Notes under the pieces: model-generated | Told to the model about the DNA's origin: nothing | Database searches by the model: none | What the model saw: the letters and a program-made list of their open reading frames with translations, nothing else | NCBI GenBank assembly: GCA_943354005.1 | Contig: CALRBE010000002.1 | Span: forward strand, 25,810 to 89,809 | Length of the DNA stretch: 64,000 nt | DNA from: an uncultured Candidatus Saccharimonas sp. | GTDB lineage: Bacteria > Patescibacteriota > Saccharimonadia > Saccharimonadales > AWTP1-31 | Direction of reading: 5' to 3' | Position numbers and translations under genes: made by a program | Shown: positions 10,282 through 18,148 of the stretch, piece by piece | Numbering within the stretch: position 1 is the first letter of the stretch | Layout: each line of letters begins with the position of its first letter

Positions 10282-10806
10282 ATGAGCACCTATATTTCAG
10301 CACTACTCCTCTTTCTTCCTGCCGGCATAGCCAATGCAGTACCTGTTTTAGTGAAAAAAGTACCAGGCCTAAGTAAATTAAAAGCCCCAATAGATGGCGG
10401 AATATCGTTTAGGGGAAAGCGCCTTCTAGGAGCCAACAAGACCTGGCGAGGCTTAATTTCTGGAACATTAGTATCTGGTTTTATTGCCTGGATACTTTAT
10501 CCTATGATCAGTATCGATACTGGATCTACTCTAAACGGAATTGCCCTCGGTTGTGCTATCGGTTTTGGTGCACTACTGGGAGATGCCGTAGAAAGCTTCT
10601 TTAAGCGTCAGAAAGAAATTCCATCCGGAAGTAGCTGGCTACTCTTTGACCAGCTTGATTACGTAATGGGTGCCCTACTCTTTAGCCTGCCTTTTGTTAG
10701 GTTAGCAGGAATCGACTATCTTCTAGTGATACTTACTTATTTTGTACTGCACTTTATTGTAAGTTATGTAGGATACCTGCTTGGACTAAAAGATAAGCCG
10801 ATTTAA
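10282..10806 (+). CDS. CDP-archaeol synthase (CarS/DUF46)-like CTP-transferase membrane protein
   Basis: LPAGIANAVPVL ... PIDGG ... GANKTWRGLISG ... GFGALLGDAVESFFKRQ ... FDQLDYVMGALLF follows the CarS-family conserved blocks. Confidence 0.7.
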   Translation: MSTYISALLLFLPAGIANAVPVLVKKVPGLSKLKAPIDGGISFRGKRLLGANKTWRGLISGTLVSGFIAWILYPMISIDTGSTLNGIALGCAIGFGALLGDAVESFFKRQKEIPSGSSWLLFDQLDYVMGALLFSLPFVRLAGIDYLLVILTYFVLHFIVSYVGYLLGLKDKPI

Positions 10807-11834
10807 GCTAGTTCTTTTTTCATTTTTTCAACAAGATCAACTGGAGTAGGATTTTGCCCATTTAAGAGTCCGAGATAGATTGATACAAAATCACCCATCA
10901 TAATTGTCCATAAAATATGTTGTAGCGGCGTTTCACCTAGAGCATTTAGAGTATGTGGCTGCGGTCTTTTTCCTGAAAGGAGCCTTGTACTCACAGAAAA
11001 CCGCTTCGTGACCTGAGGATGGTCGTATGATGTCTCTAGGTCAATCACTGTGTATGGCTTTACTTGGGGGTGAGAGCTCCAGCCGATAAATTCATTGTGG
11101 CTGAATTCCGGCAGTGTACCGTACCATGCGATATTCTTGGCGTTTTCATTAAAGCTTATCTTCCATTTATAGGCAGCCGGAGTCAGGAAAGGTCCAGAGT
11201 AAATAACGATGCTCTTCCCCATACACTCAAGGGCAAGCTGTTTTGCTGGGTTTTGTTTAATGGGAACGGTAGGAATAAGTTTTGCAGCTTCGTTATCTAG
11301 AAATGCTGCCGTTTGTTTTAGCTCATTTTCGTTAATTTCACTTGCTAGAAGCTTAGAAGAATCTAAAAGTTGAAGCAACGCCTTGAGATTATAAAATACT
11401 GCGTAGCGAGGCTGCTCTGCTTTCGGTAGCTGAATATGTAGATAACCTTTTTCTTTGGCAATTTCCTGTAGTTTACCACCCCCTGAAATGATTACAATCT
11501 GCGCTTTACGGGCTATGGCTTCTTCCAGAGCCGAAATAGTTTCTTCGGTATTACCTGAGTAGCTAGCGGCTATAAATAACGTATTGCCGGATACATAGTT
11601 TGGGATATTGTACTGACGAGATATTTCAAAAGGTACCTTGAACCCTGGAATCGAAGAAGCGATAGTTGCAGCTAAAGCGGAGCCGCCCATGCCAGCGTAT
11701 ACGATATTTGTTACACTTTTGAAGTCTTGCTTTTGAATCTTAAAATCGTGAAGAAGTTGGTGTGGCTGTTTAGCGGCTATACCAAGTGCATCCTGAGCAT
11801 CTTTATCGTGAATGTATTTTAAGTCATCAAGCAT
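10803..11834 (-). CDS. bifunctional phosphoglucose/phosphomannose isomerase (SIS domain)
   Basis: 343 aa. GMGGSALAA and SYSGNTEET SIS motifs, plus the C-terminal PGI/PMI domain. Confidence 0.8.
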   Translation of the reverse strand: MLDDLKYIHDKDAQDALGIAAKQPHQLLHDFKIQKQDFKSVTNIVYAGMGGSALAATIASSIPGFKVPFEISRQYNIPNYVSGNTLFIAASYSGNTEETISALEEAIARKAQIVIISGGGKLQEIAKEKGYLHIQLPKAEQPRYAVFYNLKALLQLLDSSKLLASEINENELKQTAAFLDNEAAKLIPTVPIKQNPAKQLALECMGKSIVIYSGPFLTPAAYKWKISFNENAKNIAWYGTLPEFSHNEFIGWSSHPQVKPYTVIDLETSYDHPQVTKRFSVSTRLLSGKRPQPHTLNALGETPLQHILWTIMMGDFVSIYLGLLNGQNPTPVDLVEKMKKELA

Positions 11835-11937
11835 TATTTTTACCTTATTTATTCTAATAGTATACGGTATTTTTACTAAATAATTCTTATGCTATACTTA
11901 TTATAAATAAGCTTAAATCAATCAATGGGGGTGGGAA

Positions 11938-12435
11938 ATGTTCGATCAGAATCAACAAGCACAAAGTACGGCAGTTGTACCGGAGCCAGCAGCAACAACT
12001 GACACGACAGTAGCGCCAGCAACAACAGCTGATACTGGAACATTTAATACAACTGCAGTAACTCCTGAGCCCTCAGCAGAAACAGTAGCTCCAACTGCAA
12101 TTGAGCCAACACCAACTATGACTCCTGAAACTTCAACCAGTGATCCTGCTCCTTCTGAGATAAAAGAAAGCACGAGTTCAGATAACGACTTAATGTCTAT
12201 CAAAAAAAATGCTCTTCAAGATCTTACCCCACTTCTCAGCCAGTTAGAACAAACACCTGAGGAAAAATTTAGAACCACGATGATGCTTATACAAGCTTCC
12301 GACGATCAAAGCCTAGTGCAGTCAGCCTACGACGCAGCAAAAGATATTACTGACGAAAAAGTTCGCGCACAAGCACTTCTAGATATAGTTAATGAGATCA
12401 ACTACTTCACACAAGAAAAAGAAGAAGAAAAATAG
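11938..12435 (+). CDS. hypothetical acidic T/P/E-rich protein
   Basis: 165-aa ORF with a low-complexity N-terminal half. A GGGGGTGGG purine run precedes the ATG. Confidence 0.4.
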   Translation: MFDQNQQAQSTAVVPEPAATTDTTVAPATTADTGTFNTTAVTPEPSAETVAPTAIEPTPTMTPETSTSDPAPSEIKESTSSDNDLMSIKKNALQDLTPLLSQLEQTPEEKFRTTMMLIQASDDQSLVQSAYDAAKDITDEKVRAQALLDIVNEINYFTQEKEEEK

Positions 12436-12436
12436 C

Positions 12437-12847
12437 TTAGAGATCTTGATCAGGACCAGTAGTTGGTAGCGCTGATGACGGAGCAGCAGGTGTAGTTGGA
12501 TTTTCAGATTGCTGTGCAGGATTCGCTGGAGTACTTGCAGCAGCTTCTGAGGTATTAGATGTACCTTTTTGGCTATCTTGCTTTGACGTAGCTTTAGCCT
12601 CGTCTGTGCTCTTCTCAACTACAGTTGTGCTATTTGATTTATTGTCAGTTCCAGCTATCTTACGATACATCCATCTTCCACCGACAAACATACCAAATAA
12701 TACGATTAACGTAAGTATTAAAGAAATAAATCCAACAAGCACTGCAACACCCATCTTTTCTCGATGCTCAGTCTGTGAGTAGTCTTGAATTTCCTGTGGG
12801 ATAACAGAATTACTTACATTTTTTTGCCGACGCTTAAATAGTTTCAT
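12437..12847 (-). CDS. hypothetical single-pass membrane protein with S/T/P-rich tail
   Basis: 136 aa with one TM helix (VAVLVGFISLILTLIVLFGMFV). Confidence 0.4.
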   Translation of the reverse strand: MKLFKRRQKNVSNSVIPQEIQDYSQTEHREKMGVAVLVGFISLILTLIVLFGMFVGGRWMYRKIAGTDNKSNSTTVVEKSTDEAKATSKQDSQKGTSNTSEAAASTPANPAQQSENPTTPAAPSSALPTTGPDQDL

Positions 12848-12904
12848 GTAACACCTTTAAATAATGTACATATAATAATACATTATTGGATGTTTTGCAA
12901 CTAA

Positions 12905-13483
12905 CTAGAAGTCTTCATCAAAGCGCACTTGATCTGAATCGTAAGTAGATTGATGCGGAGCATGAATAGAAACAATGTCGGCAATGGTTGGTATCTCTTT
13001 TTTCTGGACGCCAGCACGACCAGCATATTCCTTGAGTCCGTCCTTAAGCGTAAAGAACTCTATAGATTTATTTGAATAACTATCAGAATCATTTGGCACC
13101 TTGCTAAATTGTGGCTTCTCGTCTGCCCTATTAAGCCTAAAATCACATTCATATTGTTGATTATCTATATTAAGCAGAAGAACAACATGCTTTAAGTCAG
13201 GCACCTGGTCGCCTATCATGCCCTTTTTGATCATTTTTCCGTGAGAAGAGCTAAAACGTACACTTAAGTCTTCTTCCTTAACTTTATCTTTGTAGAGCAA
13301 ACCTCCAGAAACATATAGGAGCTCAGACATACACCCGCCAGCATGGTCTTTTATTGCCTTTTCAGGAGACCAAATCTCACGATCGTACTGAGGAACTAAT
13401 TTATAGAAATCTTCGTGAAACTTATTAATTTGCTCAAATATCTGAACAGGCCTAGGTACTTCAGGATTACTTAAGTTTTCCAT
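12905..13483 (-). CDS. hypothetical protein, possible transglutaminase-like Cys-His-Asp fold
   Basis: 192 aa. GGCMSEL, then KHVVLLLNIDNQQYECDF, with spacing reminiscent of transglutaminase-like cysteine peptidases. Motif-level only. Confidence 0.4.
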   Translation of the reverse strand: MENLSNPEVPRPVQIFEQINKFHEDFYKLVPQYDREIWSPEKAIKDHAGGCMSELLYVSGGLLYKDKVKEEDLSVRFSSSHGKMIKKGMIGDQVPDLKHVVLLLNIDNQQYECDFRLNRADEKPQFSKVPNDSDSYSNKSIEFFTLKDGLKEYAGRAGVQKKEIPTIADIVSIHAPHQSTYDSDQVRFDEDF

Positions 13484-13500
13484 TAAATTTTATAAAATAA

Positions 13501-14001
13501 CTAAACTATTTTTTTGGCATTTCTAATAGCTTTTTCTCTAATTTCTTCTTGAGAAAGACGTATGTGAGCAGGCGATCTGTCTATTTCTACTTTTACGCTA
13601 GTTGGATGTAACTCTGTTATAGTCTCCATGCCGCCATCTAATGCCCGAATTCTTCTTTCTCCACTTGTTTGTACTCCTTTATTAGCAATAACTTCTGAAA
13701 CATAAAGGGCATTTCTTTTGACTTGTTCGTGAGTGGCTCCCCTGTTTAAATCACCTCGGCTTTGTTCTTGTTGAACGGCCGAGGCCTTTTCTGCGTATTC
13801 ACCGGCCTTGTCTGACCATTGCTGCATTTCTAGCGATCGAGCCATTGCATTTGGATCACTATCTAAGATGACTTGGCTATTATTATAGGCAGTCTCGTTT
13901 GGGACTGGTAAGCCTTGTTCGTCTTTAGGCATTGCAGCAATAGCTTCTGCTGCTTTTGAATTATATCCATGTGTTTGATTTTGTTGCTGTTTCTCACTCA
14001 T
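13501..14001 (-). CDS. hypothetical protein (second gene of duplicated cassette, copy A)
   Basis: 166 aa, starts MSEKQQQNQ. AGGAG lies 12 nt upstream. The upstream ~70 bp is repeated before 15288. Confidence 0.5.
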   Translation of the reverse strand: MSEKQQQNQTHGYNSKAAEAIAAMPKDEQGLPVPNETAYNNSQVILDSDPNAMARSLEMQQWSDKAGEYAEKASAVQQEQSRGDLNRGATHEQVKRNALYVSEVIANKGVQTSGERRIRALDGGMETITELHPTSVKVEIDRSPAHIRLSQEEIREKAIRNAKKIV

Positions 14002-14068
14002 TTTTTAATTGCTCCTGTTTAATGTTCCACGGTTAGTTTAAGCTCTTATACAAGATTAATTATTAGGT

Positions 14069-14683
14069 TTAGTCTTTCCCTACATTCTCTACAGTACGAC
14101 GTGCTGCTTCTACTGCAGCTGGCCCCCACAGATCATCTTCTACTTTTGGAGCTTGATTAGCTTGGTCAGCATTTTGTAAATCATTTGCCATACCCTCAAC
14201 TTGTCTGTCTGATGGCTCTCCCCATCCCTCAGGGGCAGTGCCAGCAACTAATTTAGTAGCCAGCGCTTCCCTACGTGACTTAGCTAATTCATCTTGTTCT
14301 TCAGTTGTTTTATCCGTAGTTTCTCCTGAATTAAATCTTTTACCTGCATCAGTAGCTTCTTGTTCAGCTCCTGCTAATAGATCTTGAGATTCTTGATTCA
14401 AAATTTTTGAGTCACTTTTACGATCCTCATAACTTCTTCCGGGTAAAAGAGTCCTGAATTTAGATCCAGTTTTAGGATCGTCGTACAAACTATCAGTAGA
14501 GTTAGCATCCGCAACCTTTTCGGGATTTTCCACTAACCATTTTGCAGCTTGAGCGTCTTTTCCACGTTCAATTGACTCGTCTAACAATGGCTTCATAGCG
14601 TAGGCTTCTACTTCAGCTTGCTCATGACTAATCGCCGTATCAGGAATTGGTACTTCCTTAGGAGGTCTGTTAAACATTTTCAT
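14069..14683 (-). CDS. hypothetical protein (first gene of duplicated cassette, copy A)
   Basis: Start trimmed to MKMFNRPPKEVPIPD. The first ~45 aa are near-identical to the paralog at 15396..16028, and the C-termini diverge. Confidence 0.5.
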   Translation of the reverse strand: MKMFNRPPKEVPIPDTAISHEQAEVEAYAMKPLLDESIERGKDAQAAKWLVENPEKVADANSTDSLYDDPKTGSKFRTLLPGRSYEDRKSDSKILNQESQDLLAGAEQEATDAGKRFNSGETTDKTTEEQDELAKSRREALATKLVAGTAPEGWGEPSDRQVEGMANDLQNADQANQAPKVEDDLWGPAAVEAARRTVENVGKD

Positions 14684-14760
14684 TTTATTTTTTACCCTTT
14701 TTTTATTTTTTGCTACTTCACATAAAATGCTAGCACGCTTACGCTTATGTGTCAATGTTA
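14547..14760 (-). repeat. ~214-bp repeat copy A (promoter + 5' leader + first ~45 codons)
   Basis: By eye it aligns with only a handful of mismatches to 15892..16105. Confidence 0.85.
14727..14755 (-). promoter_or_regulatory. putative sigma-70 promoter of cassette copy A
   Basis: Minus strand reads TTGACA, a 17-nt spacer, then TAGCAT. It lies ~45 nt upstream of the ATG at 14683. Confidence 0.4.
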
Positions 14761-14850
14761 GGCGAAGTTGAATCACCACAATTCACTATTGTTGAGCAAT
14801 CCACTTGGAAGATTTGACCAAAATCTTACCAAAATTGTACTGAAACAAAG

Positions 14851-15288
14851 CTACTGCTGGTCAGTTTGTTTCTGTTCTATCAGTTTGTCACGATGACGAA
14901 AGGCAAATGTCGCAGCTACTGGTGGTATTAGGTCTCTATTTTGAACACTTTCAAGTATATTACCTGCAATGCCTCTGGCTTCAACTTTTGTAGGGTCATT
15001 TTCAAGCATTACCTGATATTCAGGGTCTTGCAATAGCTCCCTAATCGGAAGGTAACCTCTTACCTTCAGCGACCTAACAACTTTTTCTCTCTGGTCATCA
15101 CTAAACTCTATACCTGTTCTGTCACTAGCCTCAACTAGTCTACCAAGTGCATCAAAAAGCTGGATTTCACCACCCTCCTGCAGTAAATCAACAACGGCCT
15201 TATCTAGACCTTGCTGTGCTTCATTCAAACTCTCCGTAGGATCTACCGGAGTCGGAACAACTTGGTCTTGTGGCTTTTGCTCACTCAT
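14851..15288 (-). CDS. hypothetical protein (second gene of duplicated cassette, copy B)
   Basis: 145 aa, starts MSEQKPQDQ. It shares the start and upstream leader with 13501..14001. Confidence 0.5.
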   Translation of the reverse strand: MSEQKPQDQVVPTPVDPTESLNEAQQGLDKAVVDLLQEGGEIQLFDALGRLVEASDRTGIEFSDDQREKVVRSLKVRGYLPIRELLQDPEYQVMLENDPTKVEARGIAGNILESVQNRDLIPPVAATFAFRHRDKLIEQKQTDQQ

Positions 15289-15395
15289 TTTTTAATTGCT
15301 CCACGGTTAATTTAAGCTCTTATACAAAATTAATTATTAGGTTTATTAGGCTCTGCAGCATGTTTTGCTAATGCCACTGCTTTAACACTATAATA

Positions 15396-16028
15396 TTAAC
15401 TCGACAGATCATCTAGATCACGTGGCCTTTTTGCCCATTCACTAGCACTTTTATTTTCACTGTCCATACCCTCTAACTCAACTTTCATTACTTCAGTTGG
15501 TTCTTTGTCATGGTCGAAGCCATACTCAATATCATACCAAGTGGGTTCTTCTGTTTTTTCACCTTTAATTAGTCTAGCGGCCAATGCTTCCCTACGTGCC
15601 ACAACTGCTTCAGCTGATTTTTTAGCCTTTTCGTCTAATTGTTCTTGTGTTAAATCTGGCGATTTTCGATAATAATTGCTTACTTTTTCACCCGCTTCAG
15701 TAGCTGCTTGTTCTGCTAATTCTAAAACATCTTCGGATTCTTGCTTTAAAATTTTGGCATCACTTTCACGTTCCTTACGCTTTCTTCCAGGTAAAACTTT
15801 TCTATTTACACTTCCAATAGCCGGATCGTAGTACGTATGAGTACGCTCCTCAGGATGAGTAGCAACATTGGGATCAGCCAACACTTGTGAAGCTTGAGCG
15901 TCTTTTCCACGTTCGATTGATTCGTCTAACAATGGCTTCATAGCGTAGGCTTCTTCAACGGCTTGATAATGACTAATCGCCGTATCAGGAATTGGTACTT
16001 CCTTAGGAGGTCTGTTAAACATTTTCAT
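15396..16028 (-). CDS. hypothetical protein (first gene of duplicated cassette, copy B)
   Basis: Start trimmed to MKMFNRPPKEVPIPD. Paralog of 14069..14683. Confidence 0.5.
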   Translation of the reverse strand: MKMFNRPPKEVPIPDTAISHYQAVEEAYAMKPLLDESIERGKDAQASQVLADPNVATHPEERTHTYYDPAIGSVNRKVLPGRKRKERESDAKILKQESEDVLELAEQAATEAGEKVSNYYRKSPDLTQEQLDEKAKKSAEAVVARREALAARLIKGEKTEEPTWYDIEYGFDHDKEPTEVMKVELEGMDSENKSASEWAKRPRDLDDLSS

Positions 16029-16105
16029 TTTCTTTTTTACCCTTTTTTTATTTTTTGCTACTTCACATAAAATGCTAGCACGCTTACGCTTATCTGTCAA
16101 TGTTA
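15892..16105 (-). repeat. ~214-bp repeat copy B (promoter + 5' leader + first ~45 codons)
   Basis: Near-identical to 14547..14760. It begins 9 nt after the groEL stop. Confidence 0.85.
16072..16100 (-). promoter_or_regulatory. putative sigma-70 promoter of cassette copy B
   Basis: The same TTGACA, 17-nt spacer, TAGCAT arrangement as copy A. It lies 14 nt downstream of the groEL stop codon, with no intervening terminator hairpin. Confidence 0.4.
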
Positions 16106-16113
16106 GCTTTTGA

Positions 16114-17757
16114 CTACATCATGCCCATGCCGCCACCCATTCCAGGAGCTGCGGCTGGTGACTCATTTTCAGGTACGTCAACAACTAGTGCACCCATAGT
16201 CATGCTTGTTCCGGCGATAGAGACAGCATTTTGGATTGCTTCTTTAGTAACTCGTGCTGGATCAACAACCCCATTGGACTTGAGGTCTACAAGAGTTGTT
16301 GGCTTATTTACGTTTATTCCCTGTCCGGCTTTACCTTTTTTCACTTGAGGAAGCCATTCGTCTGGATTGACGCCAGCATTTTCAAGTAAGATTCGGAATG
16401 GTTGTTCAAGTGCGTTTTGGAGTAGCTGTGCCCCTGCAGCCTGAGAGTCATGACCTGTCGTTTTGATATGGCCTGCAAGGTTAATGAGCGTAACTCCACC
16501 TCCGGCAACGATACCTTCGTCTAAGGCTGCTTTTGTAGCCGCTACAGCATCGTCGACACGGAATTTCTTTTCTTCTATTTCTGTTTCAGTAGCTCCACCA
16601 ACCTTTATTACGGCAACCTTGCCTTCTAGGCTGGCACGTCGTCGCTCACGGTCCTCTCGATCGTACTCACTGGTAGATTCTTTGATTTGAGCATTGATTT
16701 GAGTGATACGGGCTTTAATCTGGCTTGCTTTAGCCGCGCCTTCGATGATGGTTGTTTCATCTTTTGTGACGATAACTTTTCTGGCTGAACCGAGCATGGC
16801 TAGTTCAACTTCTTCAAAAGTCGTTCCTTGGTCTTCGCTAATAACTGTACCGCCAGTAAGAATAGCGATGTCTTCAAGTCGATCTTTACGCTTATCACCG
16901 AAACTTGGTGCTTTAACAGCTACAGTATTAAAGACACCCTTTAGTTTGTTTAGAATGAGCGTGCCTAAAGCTTCGCCTTCTACGTCTTCTGCGATAATAA
17001 AGAGATCTTTCTTACCTGCTTGAGCTAGTTTTTCGAGTAATGGTATAAATTCCTGTACGGAACTAATCTTTTTATCGGTAATAAGGATAGACGGCTTATT
17101 GAATACTGCTTCCATTCGAGTTGTATCAGTCACCATGTAAGCGCTCACAAAGCCACGGTCCATAGTGAAGCCTTCTACAACTTCACTCTCTAGTTCTAGG
17201 CCTTGTCCTTCTTCAACAGTTACAACACCGTCCTTGCCAACTTTATCTATAATATTGGCAATAAGATTACCAATCTCCGCGTCTCCAGCACTAATTGTTG
17301 CGACCTCTGCTACTCGAGATTTCTTACCCTTAATATCTTCGGCCATGCCGCCTAATTTTTTAATAACGTCATGTGCTGCAGCTTCTAGCCCTTTTCTAAG
17401 CATCATTGGGTTATGTCCAGCTGCAATCAGCTTATTTGCTTCATTTAAAATATGGTAGGTAAGTACAGTTACTGTAGTTGTACCGTCTCCGGCCACATCA
17501 TTCATCTTGTTGGCAGCTTGCTTTATAAGCTCGGCACCTACTTTATAGCCAAGTGTTTCATCGTCAACATCGGCAATATCTACTCCCTTAGCGACCGTTA
17601 CACCATCATGAGTTACAGTCACGCCACCGTAGCTCTTACTAATAACAACGTTACGGCCCTTTGGCCCCATAGTTGTCTTTACGGCGTCATATAATATTTT
17701 TGCACCGCCAAGTACACGTCTCCGTGCGTCATCATCATAAAATACTTTTTTAGACAT
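16114..17757 (-). CDS. groEL: chaperonin GroEL (Cpn60)
   Basis: 547 aa. AGDGTTTVTVL, the VAVKAPSFGD region and a C-terminal GGM repeat (PGMGGGMGMM). Confidence 0.97.
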   Translation of the reverse strand: MSKKVFYDDDARRRVLGGAKILYDAVKTTMGPKGRNVVISKSYGGVTVTHDGVTVAKGVDIADVDDETLGYKVGAELIKQAANKMNDVAGDGTTTVTVLTYHILNEANKLIAAGHNPMMLRKGLEAAAHDVIKKLGGMAEDIKGKKSRVAEVATISAGDAEIGNLIANIIDKVGKDGVVTVEEGQGLELESEVVEGFTMDRGFVSAYMVTDTTRMEAVFNKPSILITDKKISSVQEFIPLLEKLAQAGKKDLFIIAEDVEGEALGTLILNKLKGVFNTVAVKAPSFGDKRKDRLEDIAILTGGTVISEDQGTTFEEVELAMLGSARKVIVTKDETTIIEGAAKASQIKARITQINAQIKESTSEYDREDRERRRASLEGKVAVIKVGGATETEIEEKKFRVDDAVAATKAALDEGIVAGGGVTLINLAGHIKTTGHDSQAAGAQLLQNALEQPFRILLENAGVNPDEWLPQVKKGKAGQGINVNKPTTLVDLKSNGVVDPARVTKEAIQNAVSIAGTSMTMGALVVDVPENESPAAAPGMGGGMGMM

Positions 17758-17771
17758 TATTTAATACTCCT

Positions 17772-18035
17772 CTATTTAACCGTTGCTATGATGTTCGTTT
17801 TATTAACAAGCGTGTACTCATCTTTTCCAGACTTAACATTTGTTGCTTCGTACTCATTCTTATAAATTACCCTGTCGCCTACTTTGACGTCGTCAACATC
17901 TTTACCGATCGCCACAACTTTTGCTGTTGTTGGTTTCTCCTGGGCATTCCCCGGAAGATATAGTCCGCTAGCTGTTTTTAGTGCTGCTTCTTCTGCCTGT
18001 ACGACAATGTAGTCGGCCATTGGTTGTATAGTCAT
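17772..18035 (-). CDS. groES: co-chaperonin GroES (Cpn10)
   Basis: 87 aa, immediately upstream of groEL. AAGGAG Shine-Dalgarno sequence lies 10 nt upstream. Confidence 0.93.
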   Translation of the reverse strand: MTIQPMADYIVVQAEEAALKTASGLYLPGNAQEKPTTAKVVAIGKDVDDVKVGDRVIYKNEYEATNVKSGKDEYTLVNKTNIIATVK

Positions 18036-18068
18036 GTTGCTTCTACTCCTTAATACCTTTGTTCGCCA

Positions 18069-18095
18069 TTAGCACTATATATTTTAGAGTGCTAA
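18069..18095 (-). promoter_or_regulatory. CIRCE operator (HrcA-binding inverted repeat), copy 1
   Basis: TTAGCACTA-tatatttta-GAGTGCTAA against the consensus TTAGCACTC-N9-GAGTGCTAA: one mismatch and exact 9-nt spacing. Confidence 0.85.
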
Positions 18096-18098
18096 TAT

Positions 18099-18125
18099 TC
18101 AGCACTCATAATATCTGAGTGCCAA
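18099..18125 (-). promoter_or_regulatory. CIRCE-like operator, copy 2 (degenerate flanks)
   Basis: tcAGCACTC-ataatatct-GAGTGCcaa. The core AGCACTC-N9-GAGTGC is intact. It overlaps the putative -10, and a TTGACA -35 lies at 18132..18137 on the minus strand. Confidence 0.65.
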
Positions 18126-18148
18126 TTTATCTGTCAACATTTCTGTTG

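Noticed and set aside
14684-14779. In-frame upstream extensions of the two cassette genes (…KRKRASILCEVAKNKKRVK.K), also at 16029..16100
   Set aside because: These ORF-track starts are a GTG and the TTG of the putative TTGACA -35 box. The conserved stretch reads better as promoter plus leader, and an AAGGG purine tract precedes the ATG of MKMF. The alternative is not fully excluded, because the frame stays open in both copies.
16100-17694. Five plus-strand ORFs (75-106 aa) overlapping groEL
   Set aside because: They are all antisense shadows of an unambiguous groEL, with S/T/P/A-rich translations and no independent start signals.
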